DNA of 32,000 bases from Candidatus Saccharimonadota bacterium (GTDB lineage: Bacteria; Pseudomonadota; Gammaproteobacteria; Enterobacterales; Enterobacteriaceae). The position numbers were made by a program, and so were the translations under genes. How positions within the stretch are numbered: the stretch's first letter is position 1; every line of letters starts with the position of its first letter. The stretch lies in the NCBI GenBank assembly GCA_049942775.1, contig CP188087.1, forward strand, positions 180,001 through 212,000, given 5' to 3'. Below the pieces are notes generated by a model. That model was not told where the DNA came from. It made no database searches and saw only the letters and a program-made list of their open reading frames with translations. Positions 9,096 to 19,456 of the stretch are shown here, one piece after another.

Positions 9096-10535
9096 ATGAA
9101 AAAAACTTTATATCAGAAAATATATGATAAACATATAGTTTATGAATCTAGTAATGAGCCTCCTATTTTATATATTGATTTGCATTTATTGCATGAAGTC
9201 ACTTCTCCACAAGCTTTTTCATCCTTGCGCAATAAAAATAGACCAGTAAGACGTCCAGAAAAAACTTTTGCTACCATGGATCATAATGTTCCTACTATAA
9301 GTAGAAATATTCTTAATATTGAAAAATTAGCAAAAATTCAAATGGATATGTTATTAAAAAATTGTAAAGAATTTAATATTAAATTATTTGATTTGAATAG
9401 TTCTCGTCAAGGAATTGTACATGTCGTTGGTCCGGAACAAGGATTAACATTACCAGGAATGACAGTTGTATGTGGTGATTCTCATACTTCTACTCACGGA
9501 GCATTTGGAACTTTATCTTTTGGTATAGGAACTTCTGAAGTTGAACATGTGCTAGCAACGCAAACTTTGAAACAATTTCGTTCTAAAACAATGAAAATTA
9601 CAATATCTGGAAAATCAAACTTTGGAATCACAGCAAAAGATATAATATTAAGTATCATAGGAAAAATTGGTATTTCTGCAGGAACTGGACATGTAGTAGA
9701 ATTTTTTGGATCTACAGTTTCTAATTTAAGTATGGAAGGTAGAATGACGTTATGTAATATGGCTATTGAAATGGGTGCTAAATCAGCCATAGTAGCTCCA
9801 GATCAGATTACATATAATTATTTAAATAATAGAAAATATGCTCCAAAAGGTTTGGAATGGAATCGCGCTGTAACTTTTTGGAATACATTAAAATCAGATG
9901 TTGGAGCCAAGTTTGATAGTGAATTATTTTTTGATATTTCTGATCTTGCTCCTCAAGTTACTTGGGGAACAAATCCTGAACAAGTAGTTGGAATTAATGA
10001 ATCAATTCCAAATATAAATTCTTTTAAAAATTTAAATAAAAGAATTGCTGCAGAAAAATCGATGAAGTATATGGATTTATTACCAGGTATGAAAATAACA
10101 GATATCTTAATTGATAAAGTTTTTATTGGTTCTTGTACTAATTCTAGAATAGAAGATTTAAGATTGGCAGCAATGTTTATTGCTGGAAATAAGATTTGTA
10201 AAAGAGTTACCGGAATTATTGTACCTGGTTCTAAACCAGTAAAGATACAAGCAGAAAAAGAAGGATTAGATAAAATTTTTATTGATGCTGGATTTGAATG
10301 GAGATTACCTGGTTGTTCTATGTGTTTAGGAATGAATGAGGATAAATTACTGACAGGAGAACGGTGTGCGTCTACTAGTAATAGAAATTTTGAAGGACGT
10401 CAAGGTAGAGGTGGAAGAACTCATTTAGTTAGTCCAGCAATGGCAGCTGCTGCAGCTTTACATGGACGATTTATTGATGTTAGAAAATTGAAAATAAATA
10501 AAAATATTATAAGTAAGGATGTATTGCATGATTAA
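9096..10535 (+). CDS. leuC: 3-isopropylmalate dehydratase large subunit
   Basis: The 479-aa ORF begins [17 protein letters not shown]...[18 protein letters not shown], compared with E. coli MAKTLYEKLFDAHVVYE...[18 protein letters not shown]. It has the aconitase-family Fe-S cysteines ([21 protein letters not shown]). An AAGGAA Shine-Dalgarno sequence lies 9 nt upstream. Confidence 0.95.
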   Translation: MKKTLYQKIYDKHIVYESSNEPPILYIDLHLLHEVTSPQAFSSLRNKNRPVRRPEKTFATMDHNVPTISRNILNIEKLAKIQMDMLLKNCKEFNIKLFDLNSSRQGIVHVVGPEQGLTLPGMTVVCGDSHTSTHGAFGTLSFGIGTSEVEHVLATQTLKQFRSKTMKITISGKSNFGITAKDIILSIIGKIGISAGTGHVVEFFGSTVSNLSMEGRMTLCNMAIEMGAKSAIVAPDQITYNYLNNRKYAPKGLEWNRAVTFWNTLKSDVGAKFDSELFFDISDLAPQVTWGTNPEQVVGINESIPNINSFKNLNKRIAAEKSMKYMDLLPGMKITDILIDKVFIGSCTNSRIEDLRLAAMFIAGNKICKRVTGIIVPGSKPVKIQAEKEGLDKIFIDAGFEWRLPGCSMCLGMNEDKLLTGERCASTSNRNFEGRQGRGGRTHLVSPAMAAAAALHGRFIDVRKLKINKNIISKDVLHD

Positions 10536-11136
10536 TAATAAATTTATAAGTCATTCAGGAATAGTTTTGCCTCTTGATATTGATAATGTTGATACAGATG
10601 CTATTATTCCTAAACAATTTTTACAACAAACAACTAAAGATGGATTTGGTAAATATTTATTTCACGATTGGAGGTTTTTAGACACTAATAGAAAAAACAA
10701 GAATCTTGATTTTATTTTAAATAAATTAGAATATTTTAATTCTAGTATTCTGTTAACTAGAAAAAATTTTGGATGTGGATCATCTAGAGAACATGCTGTT
10801 TGGGCTATTTTAGATTATGGTTTCCGAGTAGTTATTTCTTCTAGCTTCGCAGACATATTTTACAATAATAGTATCAATAATAACTTATTATTGGTAGTCT
10901 TATCAGAAGATATAATTGATGAATTATTTCAATTAGTTAAAAATAATATTGGAATAAAATGTGTTGTTAGTTTATTAAATCAAAGTATCTCTATTGATAA
11001 AAAAGAATATAAATTTTATATTAGTAAATTTAATAAAGAAGTTCTGTTAAACGGTTTGGATGCTATTGATTTAACAATGAAAAAAAATTCTAAAATATCA
11101 GATTACGAAAGTGATATTCCATCTTTTTTTAGATAA
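10528..11136 (+). CDS. leuD: 3-isopropylmalate dehydratase small subunit
   Basis: The track ORF starts at 10519 (MYCMINNKF). I prefer the ATG at 10528 ([32 protein letters not shown], compared with E. coli [31 protein letters not shown]). An AAGGA sequence lies about 8 nt upstream of that ATG. That ATG also forms an ATGATTAA overlap with the leuC stop. Confidence 0.9.
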   Translation: MINNKFISHSGIVLPLDIDNVDTDAIIPKQFLQQTTKDGFGKYLFHDWRFLDTNRKNKNLDFILNKLEYFNSSILLTRKNFGCGSSREHAVWAILDYGFRVVISSSFADIFYNNSINNNLLLVVLSEDIIDELFQLVKNNIGIKCVVSLLNQSISIDKKEYKFYISKFNKEVLLNGLDAIDLTMKKNSKISDYESDIPSFFR

Positions 11137-11529
11137 AATACAGGTTTTTTATTAATTTAAAATTCTTATTTTAAAAATATATTTATTTTTTTTATTTTTT
11201 TATTTTTATTTTTTTTTAAAATAAAAAAAATTTTTGGTTTTTTTAAAGGAACGAATTATTTATTGAATTTTAAAGAAACTAATTACATTAGGGAAAAATT
11301 GATTATTTTTGTTCAGATTTTTTTTAAATAAATTAAATTTCTTTCTTATTAGAAATTTTTTTAAGAAAACATCCATAGTACTTATGAATAATATTATGTT
11401 AAATTTAAAGTTAATATCATTTATAGTTATGTATGTTTTCTTTCAAAAAGAAATCTATATTAAATGTAGTTTTATTTAGTATACGAACATGTTTTTTTAA
11501 ATTTAATATAATACTAAGAGATATCTACT

Positions 11530-13080
11530 ATGAGAGAAAGAGTTATAATTTTTGATACAACATTAAGAGATGGAGAACAATCATTACAATCTAGTTTGAC
11601 TCCTAAAGAAAAAATGAAAATTGCTCTCTCTCTAGAGAGAATGGGGGTAGATGTTATTGAAGTAGGTTTTCCTGTTTCTTCTCCTGGAGATTTTAAATCT
11701 ACAGAAATTATTGCATCCAACATAAAAGATTCTAGAATATGTGGTTTAGCTCGTTGTGTTGAAAAAGATATTGAAACAGCTGCTTTAGCTATGTCTAAGT
11801 CTAATAATTTCAGAATACATTTATTTTTGGGAACTTCTCCTTTGCATATTAAGTCTAAATTGAAAAAAAGCTTTACAGAAATTATTGATCTAGCTGTTTG
11901 TTCAATTAAAAAAGCTAAAAAATATACAGACGATGTTGAATTTTCTTGCGAAGATGCTGGAAGAACTGAAATTGATAATTTATGTAAAATAGTAGAATTA
12001 GCAATAAAAGCTGGAGCAAATACAATAAATATTCCTGATACAGTTGGATTTACTATTCCTAGTGAATTTTCAAAAATAATTTCTTCTTTACATAATCGTG
12101 TTCCAAATATTGGATCAGCTATTATTTCAGTACATTGTCATAATGATTTAGGAATGGCTGTTGGAAATTCTATTGCTGCTATACAATCAGGTGCAAGACA
12201 GATTGAAGGAACTATAAATGGATTAGGTGAAAGAGCTGGAAATACTGCTTTAGAAGAAATTATTATGGCAATAAAAACGAGAAGGGATATATTAAATGTA
12301 TTTACTAATATTAACTGTAAGGAAATTTATAGAACTAGTAAGATAGTTAGTGATGTTTGTAATATTCCTATTCCTTTTAATAAATCTATTGTTGGAACTA
12401 ATGCTTATTCTCATTCTTCTGGAGTACATCAAGATGGAGTGTTAAAAAATAGAAACAACTATGAAATTATCTCTCCAGAAATAGTTGGGATGAAATCAGT
12501 ACAATTAAATTTAACTTCACGTTCTGGAAGAGCAGCAGTTAAACATAGAATGAAAAAATTAGGATATTTAGAAAAAGAATATAATTTAAATAAATTGTAT
12601 TTAAGTTTTTTAAATTTAGCTGATAAAAAAGGAAGAATATTTGATTCTGATTTAGAATCATTAATGTTTATGAATATTGATGAAATAGAATATAAATATT
12701 TTCAATTAGATTCTTTTAATGTTACATCAGGATCAGATGGACTATCAGTTGCGTCAGTAACTTTGCTATGTGGAAAAGAAAAAAAAACTTCAATTACTAA
12801 AACAAGAAATGGAATAATTGCAGCTATTTGTAAAACAATAAAGAAAATAGTTGGTTTTGAGTTCTTTTTAAAAAAATATGATTTGGTTTCTAATGGAATC
12901 AATGATAGTTCTACAATTAAATTGGATGTTATAGTTCGATATTGTAATCGAGAATTTTTTGCAACGAGTTCTTCTTTTGATTTTTTAAATTCTGTAATCA
13001 AAGCAATAATAGATATATTGAATGATATATTTAGATTTCAAGAAATTTCTTCTAGAAAAATCAAATTAAAAAAAAAATGA
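11530..13080 (+). CDS. leuA: 2-isopropylmalate synthase
   Basis: The 516-aa ORF contains [19 protein letters not shown]...[47 protein letters not shown] and [19 protein letters not shown]. It is collinear with E. coli LeuA, including the C-terminal regulatory domain. Confidence 0.95.
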   Translation: MRERVIIFDTTLRDGEQSLQSSLTPKEKMKIALSLERMGVDVIEVGFPVSSPGDFKSTEIIASNIKDSRICGLARCVEKDIETAALAMSKSNNFRIHLFLGTSPLHIKSKLKKSFTEIIDLAVCSIKKAKKYTDDVEFSCEDAGRTEIDNLCKIVELAIKAGANTINIPDTVGFTIPSEFSKIISSLHNRVPNIGSAIISVHCHNDLGMAVGNSIAAIQSGARQIEGTINGLGERAGNTALEEIIMAIKTRRDILNVFTNINCKEIYRTSKIVSDVCNIPIPFNKSIVGTNAYSHSSGVHQDGVLKNRNNYEIISPEIVGMKSVQLNLTSRSGRAAVKHRMKKLGYLEKEYNLNKLYLSFLNLADKKGRIFDSDLESLMFMNIDEIEYKYFQLDSFNVTSGSDGLSVASVTLLCGKEKKTSITKTRNGIIAAICKTIKKIVGFEFFLKKYDLVSNGINDSSTIKLDVIVRYCNREFFATSSSFDFLNSVIKAIIDILNDIFRFQEISSRKIKLKKK

Positions 13081-13547
13081 TATAAAAATAAAATTTATAC
13101 ATTTAAAAAAAATAAGTATATTTTTAATATATGAATATGATAGATAGTTTTTTTTGCTATCTATACATATTTTTTAAAGAAAAAAATGTTTCTTTGCTAT
13201 AAAATTATGGATTTTATTCAAAAATTTTATTTATCGATCATTTTAAAAATAATTTTTTTTAATTTTTTTATGTTTGAATACAAATATTATTTTTTTTTTA
13301 AATGTTACATATATTTTGTTTAAAGGTAGTTCAAATAATTTAATTAAAATTTTATAAATATTTTTTTAAAATTGGGTAGTGTTTTTTCAATTAATTTTGT
13401 AATTAAAGTATTAAACTTTTATTTTTTATTTAAAAAATTAAAAATTTAATAGTTTGAAAATTTGATTTAATTTAATTTTTTATAGAAAAAAGTCATAAAT
13501 AATTTTGTTAAATTTTAAAAATATTTTTATATTAATGAGAATACAAT

Positions 13548-16139
13548 ATGTTAATTAATTTTTTTAAAAAAATTCTTTTTAATCGAAATAATAAATTTTT
13601 TACAGAAGTTGAGAAAATAGTAGAATTAATTAATTCAATGGAAGATAAATTTAAACGTTTGTCAGATAAAAACTTACAAGAAAAAACAATAGAATTTAAA
13701 CATCGAATAAAAAATGAACATTTGTCTCTTCATAAACTAATTCCAGAATCGTATGCAACAGTTCGAGAAGCAAGTCGCAGAATATTTGGAATGAGACATT
13801 TTGATGTTCAACTAATGGGAGGAATTGTATTAAATAAAAATTGTATAGCTGAAATGAAAACAGGAGAAGGAAAGACATTAACTTCTACTTTACCTATTTA
13901 TTTAAATGCATTACAAGAACAAGGTGTTCATGTAGTTACAATGAATGACTATTTAGCGAAACGAGATGCTGAAAAAAATAGACCATTATTTGAATTTTTA
14001 GGATTAAGCGTAGGAATTAATTTGCCAAATTTAACAAATCAGTTAAAAAAGATGGCTTATCAATGTGATATTACTTACGGAACAAATCATGAATATGGAT
14101 TTGATTATTTAAGAGATAATATGGTTTATGTTAAAGAAGAACGAGTGCAAAGGAAATTATTTTACGCATTAATAGATGAAGTAGATTCAATTTTAATAGA
14201 TGAATCTCGTACTCCTTTGATTATATCAGGTCCAATTGAAGAAAATCCAAAAATACATTTAAAAATAAATGAACTTGTTTCTGTTTTGTCAAAACAGCAA
14301 AAAGAAGATTCTGATAATTTTTTAGGTAAAGGAGATTATTTTGTAGATAAAAAGTTTCGTCAGGTTCATTTAACTGAAAGAGGATTAATTAAAATTGAGA
14401 AGTTGTTATTAGAAAAAAAAATAATAAATAAAAATGAGAATCTATATTCAAAAAATAATATTGTATTAATTCAATACGTATTATCTGCATTAAAAGCAAA
14501 TGAATTGTTTATAAAAAACATAGATTATGTCGTAAACAATCACCAAATCGTTATTGTTGATGAACATACTGGAAGAATGATGCATGGAAGAAGATGGTCT
14601 GAAGGATTACATCAAGCTATAGAAGCAAAGGAACATGTTGAAATAAAGTCTGAAAACCAAACTTTAGCATCAATAACTTTTCAAAATTATTTTCGTCTGT
14701 ATAAAAAGTTGTCTGGAATGACTGGAACAGCTTCTACAGAAGCTTTTGAATTCAATTCTATTTACGGTTTAAAAACTGTGTCTATTCCAACTAATCAACC
14801 AATGATTCGGGAAGATCTTCCAGATTTAATATATGCCACTAAAGAAGAAAAAATAAATGCAATAATTGAAGATATAAAAAAATGTGTTCAAAGAAAACAA
14901 CCTGTGTTAGTTGGAACTATATCAATTGAAAAATCTGAATTTATTTCTAAAAAATTAAAAAAATTAAAAATAAAACATAGTGTTTTAAATGCAAAACATC
15001 ATGCTAAAGAAGCTGAAATTATTTCTAAAGCAGGTATGGTTGGAGCCGTTACAATAGCTACAAATATGGCAGGAAGGGGGACAGACATAGTTTTAGGTGG
15101 TAGTTTGGATTGTTTTTTTTCTAAAAATAGTAGTGATTCTAATTTTAATAAAAATGTATTTAAAAAATGGGATGAAAATCATAAAAAAGTTTTATTATCT
15201 GGAGGTTTACATATTATTGGTACGGAGAGACATGAATCTAGAAGGATTGATAATCAATTAAGAGGTAGATCTGGTCGTCAAGGAGATGTTGGATCATCTA
15301 GATTTTATTTATCAATGCAAGATTCTTTAATACGTATTTTTTCATCAGAAAAATTAATTGATTTTATGAGAAAATTAGGGATGAAAAATGGAGAGCCAAT
15401 TGAACATCGCTGGGTTTCTAAAGCAGTTAGACAAGCTCAAAGAAAAGTAGAAAACATAAATTTTCTTTATAGAAAACAATTATTAGAATATGATGATGTA
15501 ATGAATTCTCAAAGAAAAATTGTTTACAACTACAGAAAAAAAATAATCGATTTTTCAGAAATTAGTGATCTTATTATAAAGATAGTCAAAGATGTATTAT
15601 TAGAAGTAATTAATTTTTATTTTTCTGTTATTTCTAAAAAAGAAACATTAAATTTTGATAAATTAATTATTCATTTAAAAAATGACTTTTTTTTAGAATC
15701 TTCGATTTTTAAATGGATACATTGTAATAAAAAATTAGAAAAAAATGCTTTTTCATCAAATTTAATTGATCTTTGCATTAATTATTATTTAAGTTTAAAA
15801 AAATTATATTTTTTTAAAATTTTTAAAAAATATGAAAAATTTGTCATTGTATCTATGTTAGATTCTTTTTGGACCGAACACTTATTTGCTATGGATAATT
15901 TAAGACAAGGAATACAACTGAGATCTTATGCTCAAAAAGATCCAAAACAAGAATATAAAAGAGAATCTTTTTATTTATTTTGTTCTATGATTCATGAATT
16001 TAAGTATGAAGTTGTTTCTTTTTTATTTCAGAACAAAGATTCCGATTTAGATTTTAATATTAGTAAAAGTTATAATAATTTTTTAAAAAAGATAAATAAT
16101 AAAAATTATTCTAGTTTTTACTCTGTTTTAAGAAAATGA
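13548..16139 (+). CDS. secA: preprotein translocase ATPase SecA (C-terminal zinc-finger tail absent)
   Basis: The 863-aa ORF contains [36 protein letters not shown] (Walker A), [21 protein letters not shown] (DEAD-like) and [14 protein letters not shown]...[27 protein letters not shown]. It is collinear with E. coli SecA up to about residue 830. Confidence 0.95.
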   Translation: MLINFFKKILFNRNNKFFTEVEKIVELINSMEDKFKRLSDKNLQEKTIEFKHRIKNEHLSLHKLIPESYATVREASRRIFGMRHFDVQLMGGIVLNKNCIAEMKTGEGKTLTSTLPIYLNALQEQGVHVVTMNDYLAKRDAEKNRPLFEFLGLSVGINLPNLTNQLKKMAYQCDITYGTNHEYGFDYLRDNMVYVKEERVQRKLFYALIDEVDSILIDESRTPLIISGPIEENPKIHLKINELVSVLSKQQKEDSDNFLGKGDYFVDKKFRQVHLTERGLIKIEKLLLEKKIINKNENLYSKNNIVLIQYVLSALKANELFIKNIDYVVNNHQIVIVDEHTGRMMHGRRWSEGLHQAIEAKEHVEIKSENQTLASITFQNYFRLYKKLSGMTGTASTEAFEFNSIYGLKTVSIPTNQPMIREDLPDLIYATKEEKINAIIEDIKKCVQRKQPVLVGTISIEKSEFISKKLKKLKIKHSVLNAKHHAKEAEIISKAGMVGAVTIATNMAGRGTDIVLGGSLDCFFSKNSSDSNFNKNVFKKWDENHKKVLLSGGLHIIGTERHESRRIDNQLRGRSGRQGDVGSSRFYLSMQDSLIRIFSSEKLIDFMRKLGMKNGEPIEHRWVSKAVRQAQRKVENINFLYRKQLLEYDDVMNSQRKIVYNYRKKIIDFSEISDLIIKIVKDVLLEVINFYFSVISKKETLNFDKLIIHLKNDFFLESSIFKWIHCNKKLEKNAFSSNLIDLCINYYLSLKKLYFFKIFKKYEKFVIVSMLDSFWTEHLFAMDNLRQGIQLRSYAQKDPKQEYKRESFYLFCSMIHEFKYEVVSFLFQNKDSDLDFNISKSYNNFLKKINNKNYSSFYSVLRK

Positions 16140-16446
16140 TTCATAATATTTTAAAAATATGTTGAATTTAAATATTGTATAAATTTTTAATATATTTTTT
16201 ATTAAAAAATTTTAAACAATAATTTTTTAAAATTGTTTTTTTAAAAAGAAAATTTTTTATTTTTTTAAATAAATTTAAAATTAATTTAAAAAAAAATTAA
16301 AATAAATTAAATTTTTTTTGTATAAAATATGTTAAATATTTTTAAATTTTTAATGAAATAAAAGTTTCATATAGATTTTTTTTATAAAGAAAATATTTTT
16401 TAAATAATATGAATATATTTTTCTATTTATAGAAAATTATTTCTCA

Positions 16447-16499
16447 GAATGATTTTTTTTTTTTTTTTTTTTTTACAATTTTCGTAAAAAAAATCATTC
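16447..16499. repeat. 14-bp inverted repeat (GAATGATTTTTTTT / AAAAAAAATCATTC) enclosing a poly(T) run of about 22 nt
   Basis: By hand I read gaatga + T(about 22) + acaattttcgt + A8 + tcattc in the secA-aceE spacer. The long T run can pair with the A8 run in several registers. Confidence 0.6.
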
Positions 16500-16779
16500 A
16501 AAAAAAAAATTTTCTAATTATTATATATAAGATTCATATTTTTTACAATATAAAATAGTTTAATTTTTAGATCTTATTTTTTATTAAAATTTTATAGAAT
16601 TTAAAGATTTTTAGTATTTTTTTAAAATTGTCAAATATTGTTCTTTTTAAGAATTTTAAGGTTATTGAATTTTTTTTATTTTTTTAAAAGTATTTTAAAT
16701 AATAAAAAACTTTTTTTAGTAATGATTTGTTGATTTATTAAAAATTTTAAATTGTTAGTTATTGTAAAGGATTTTAAAT

Positions 16780-19443
16780 ATGTTAGAAAAAGAAAATAAT
16801 GATATTGATCAAGTTGAAACTAATGAATGGCTGGATTCTATTGAATCAGTTATTCAAAAATCTGGGTTAGATCGAGCAAAATTTTTATTAGATAAAATAC
16901 AATTATTTTCTAATACGGTCGGAAGGAATTTTTTTCAAACTAAAAAAAATCAAGATTATGTCAATAGTATTCCATTAACAGAAGAATTTAAATATCCAGG
17001 AGATATTGAGATAGAAAGGAAAATTCATTCTGCTGTTTGCTGGAATGCTATAATTATGGTACTTCGTGCTTATAGAAAAAATATGGATTTAGGAGGACAT
17101 ATTTCTTCTTTTCAATCTTCTTCAGCTATTTATGAAGTTTGTTTCAATCATTTTTTTAGAGGTAGAAATGATTTAGATGGTGGAGATTTTATATATTTTC
17201 AAGGTCATATTTCTCCTGGAATTTATTCTAGAGCTTTTTTAGAAGGAAGATTAACTAAAAAACAATTAAATAATTTTAGACAAGAAATTAGTGGTGTTGG
17301 TTTATCTTCTTATCCTCATCCAAAATTAATGCCAAAATTTTGGCAGTTTCCGACTGTTTCTATGGGTTTAGGTCCGATTTGTTCTATTTATCAAGCGAAA
17401 TTTTTAAAATATTTAAAACATAGAAATATTAAAGACACTTCTAAACAGAAAGTATATGCTTTCATAGGTGATGGAGAAATGGATGAACCTGAATCTAGAG
17501 GAGCTTTATCAATAGCGTCTAGAGAGGAATTAGATAATTTAATTTTTGTTGTTAATTGTAATTTGCAAAGACTAGACGGACCTGTTTTTGGGAATGGGAA
17601 AATTATAAATGAATTAGAAGATATTTTTTCAGGTTCAGGTTGGGAAGTTATAAAAGTAATATGGGGCAGTGGATGGGATGATTTGTTAAAAAGAGATACC
17701 ACAGGTATGTTAATTCGTTTAATGAACGAAACAGTAGATGGTGATTATCAAAATTTTAGATCTAAAGATGGAAGTTATATTCGTAATAATTTTTTTGGAA
17801 AATATAAAGAAACTTTATCTTTAGTAGAAGATATGAGTGATGAAGATATTTGGAATTTGCAAAGAGGAGGACATGATCCAAAAAAAATATATACTGCTTT
17901 TAAAAAAGCATTAAGTGTTCGTAAAAAACCAGTTGTAATTTTATTTCATACCGTAAAAGGCTATGGAATAGGTAATGTAGCAGAAGGAAAAAATATAGCA
18001 CATCAAATAAAATATTTCAATATGGATACTTTGATGTATATTAAAGATCGTTTTAAAATTTCATTAACAAAAATTGAAGTTGAAAAACTTTCTTATGTAT
18101 CATTTGTTATTAATTCTAAAGAATATAAATATATTCAAGAAAAAAGAAAAAAACTTGGTGGTTTTTTACCCGTACGATGTACGAATGCAAGTTCTTCAAT
18201 TTTTATTCCAGAATTAGACGATTTTAAATCTTTATTAATAGAACAGAAAAAAGATATTTCAACTACTATTGCTTTTGTTAGATTTCTGAATCTTTTATTA
18301 AGAAATAAAAAAATAAAAAATCATATTGTTCCAATAATAGCAGATGAAGCTAGAACATTTGGAATGGAAGGTTTATTTAGAAAAATAGGAATTTATAATT
18401 TTCGAGGACAAAAATATATTCCGCAAGATAATGAGCAGGTTTTTTATTATAAAGAGGAAAAGAAAGGGCAAATTTTACAAGAAGGTATTAATGAATTAGG
18501 TGCTTCAGCATCATGGTTAGCAGCGGCTACTTCGTATAGTTCTAATAATTTACCAATGATTCCATTTTACATATATTATTCTATGTTTGGATTTCAAAGA
18601 ACAGGAGATTTATTTTGGGCTGCTGGAGATCAACAAGCACGTGGTTTTTTAATTGGAGCAACTTCTGGAAGAACTACTTTAAATGGAGAAGGATTACAAC
18701 ATCAAGATGGACATAGTCATATTTATTCTTCTACAATTCCTAATTGTATTTCATACGATCCTTCATATGCATATGAGTTAGCTGTTATTTTACAAAATGG
18801 TTTAAAAAGAATGTATGGAGTAAAACAAGAAAACATATTTTTTTATATAACCACTTTAAATGAAAAGTATTCTATGCCTTCTATGCCTAAAGATTCTTGT
18901 GAAGGAATTTGTAAAGGTATTTATAAATTAGAAACATGGTCGGGAAGCATGAGTAAAATACAATTGTTAGGTTCAGGATCAATTTTACAAAGTATTAGAG
19001 TAGCTGCTAAAATTTTAAGTAAAGATTTTAATATTTCTTCTGATGTGTATAGCGTAACTTCTTTTACAGAACTTGCAAGAAACGGTCAAGATTGCGAACG
19101 TTGGAACATGATTAATCCAGAAAAAAAAGAAAAAATTCCTTTTTTGAAAAAAATAATGAATAGTTCTCCTGCTATTGCTGCAACAGATTATGTAAAATTA
19201 TATGCTGAACAAATTCGTGGATATTTACCTACAAAAAATTATCGGGTTTTAGGAACGGATGGATTTGGTCGTTCTGATAGTAGAGAAAATCTTAGAAATT
19301 ATTTTGAAGTGGATGCATTACATATAGTAGTAGCAGCATTATTTGAGCTTTCTAAGTTAGGAAAGGTAAGTTCGAATTTAGTATCACAGGTTATTAATAA
19401 GTTTAAAATAAATGTTGATAAAGATAATCCAAGATTATCTTAA
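16780..19443 (+). CDS. aceE: pyruvate dehydrogenase E1 component
   Basis: The 887-aa ORF (E. coli AceE is 887 aa) matches throughout. Examples are YFQGHISPGIYSRAFLEGRLT, GDGEMDEPESRGA (ThDP motif) and YRVLGTDGFGRSDSRENLRNYFEVDA. An AAGGA Shine-Dalgarno sequence lies upstream. Confidence 0.96.
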   Translation: MLEKENNDIDQVETNEWLDSIESVIQKSGLDRAKFLLDKIQLFSNTVGRNFFQTKKNQDYVNSIPLTEEFKYPGDIEIERKIHSAVCWNAIIMVLRAYRKNMDLGGHISSFQSSSAIYEVCFNHFFRGRNDLDGGDFIYFQGHISPGIYSRAFLEGRLTKKQLNNFRQEISGVGLSSYPHPKLMPKFWQFPTVSMGLGPICSIYQAKFLKYLKHRNIKDTSKQKVYAFIGDGEMDEPESRGALSIASREELDNLIFVVNCNLQRLDGPVFGNGKIINELEDIFSGSGWEVIKVIWGSGWDDLLKRDTTGMLIRLMNETVDGDYQNFRSKDGSYIRNNFFGKYKETLSLVEDMSDEDIWNLQRGGHDPKKIYTAFKKALSVRKKPVVILFHTVKGYGIGNVAEGKNIAHQIKYFNMDTLMYIKDRFKISLTKIEVEKLSYVSFVINSKEYKYIQEKRKKLGGFLPVRCTNASSSIFIPELDDFKSLLIEQKKDISTTIAFVRFLNLLLRNKKIKNHIVPIIADEARTFGMEGLFRKIGIYNFRGQKYIPQDNEQVFYYKEEKKGQILQEGINELGASASWLAAATSYSSNNLPMIPFYIYYSMFGFQRTGDLFWAAGDQQARGFLIGATSGRTTLNGEGLQHQDGHSHIYSSTIPNCISYDPSYAYELAVILQNGLKRMYGVKQENIFFYITTLNEKYSMPSMPKDSCEGICKGIYKLETWSGSMSKIQLLGSGSILQSIRVAAKILSKDFNISSDVYSVTSFTELARNGQDCERWNMINPEKKEKIPFLKKIMNSSPAIAATDYVKLYAEQIRGYLPTKNYRVLGTDGFGRSDSRENLRNYFEVDALHIVVAALFELSKLGKVSSNLVSQVINKFKINVDKDNPRLS

Positions 19444-19456
19444 TAGGAAAAAAATA

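Noticed and set aside
11160-11240. Runs such as tttttttatttttttatttttattttttttt/aaaataaaaaaaa after leuD could be a tandem repeat array or a replication origin.
   Set aside because: They have no consistent repeat unit or spacing and no DnaA-box-like 9-mers. They are indistinguishable from the homopolymer-rich background of other spacers (for example 16140-16779 and 26190-26472).
11384-11479. A 31-aa ORF (MNNIMLNLKLISFIVMYVFFQKEIYIKCSFI) lies upstream of leuA and could be a leuL-like leader peptide.
   Set aside because: It has only three non-consecutive Leu codons (TTA, the commonest codon type in this DNA). No terminator/antiterminator hairpins follow it. ORFs of this size arise by chance in this sequence.
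13140-13164. A hairpin ATAGATAG-N9-CTATCTAT about 60 nt after leuA could be the leuA terminator.
   Set aside because: The 8-bp stem has a 9-nt loop and only a short interrupted T run after it. It is too weak to call in a sequence where such inverted repeats are expected by chance.
13207-13323. A 38-aa ORF (MDFIQKFYLSIILKIIFFNFFMFEYKYYFFFKCYIYFV) lies in the leuA-secA spacer and could be a small membrane protein or a secM-like leader.
   Set aside because: It has no Shine-Dalgarno sequence and no resemblance to the SecM arrest motif. Its composition is what T-rich spacer translates to. It cannot be supported without conservation or expression data.
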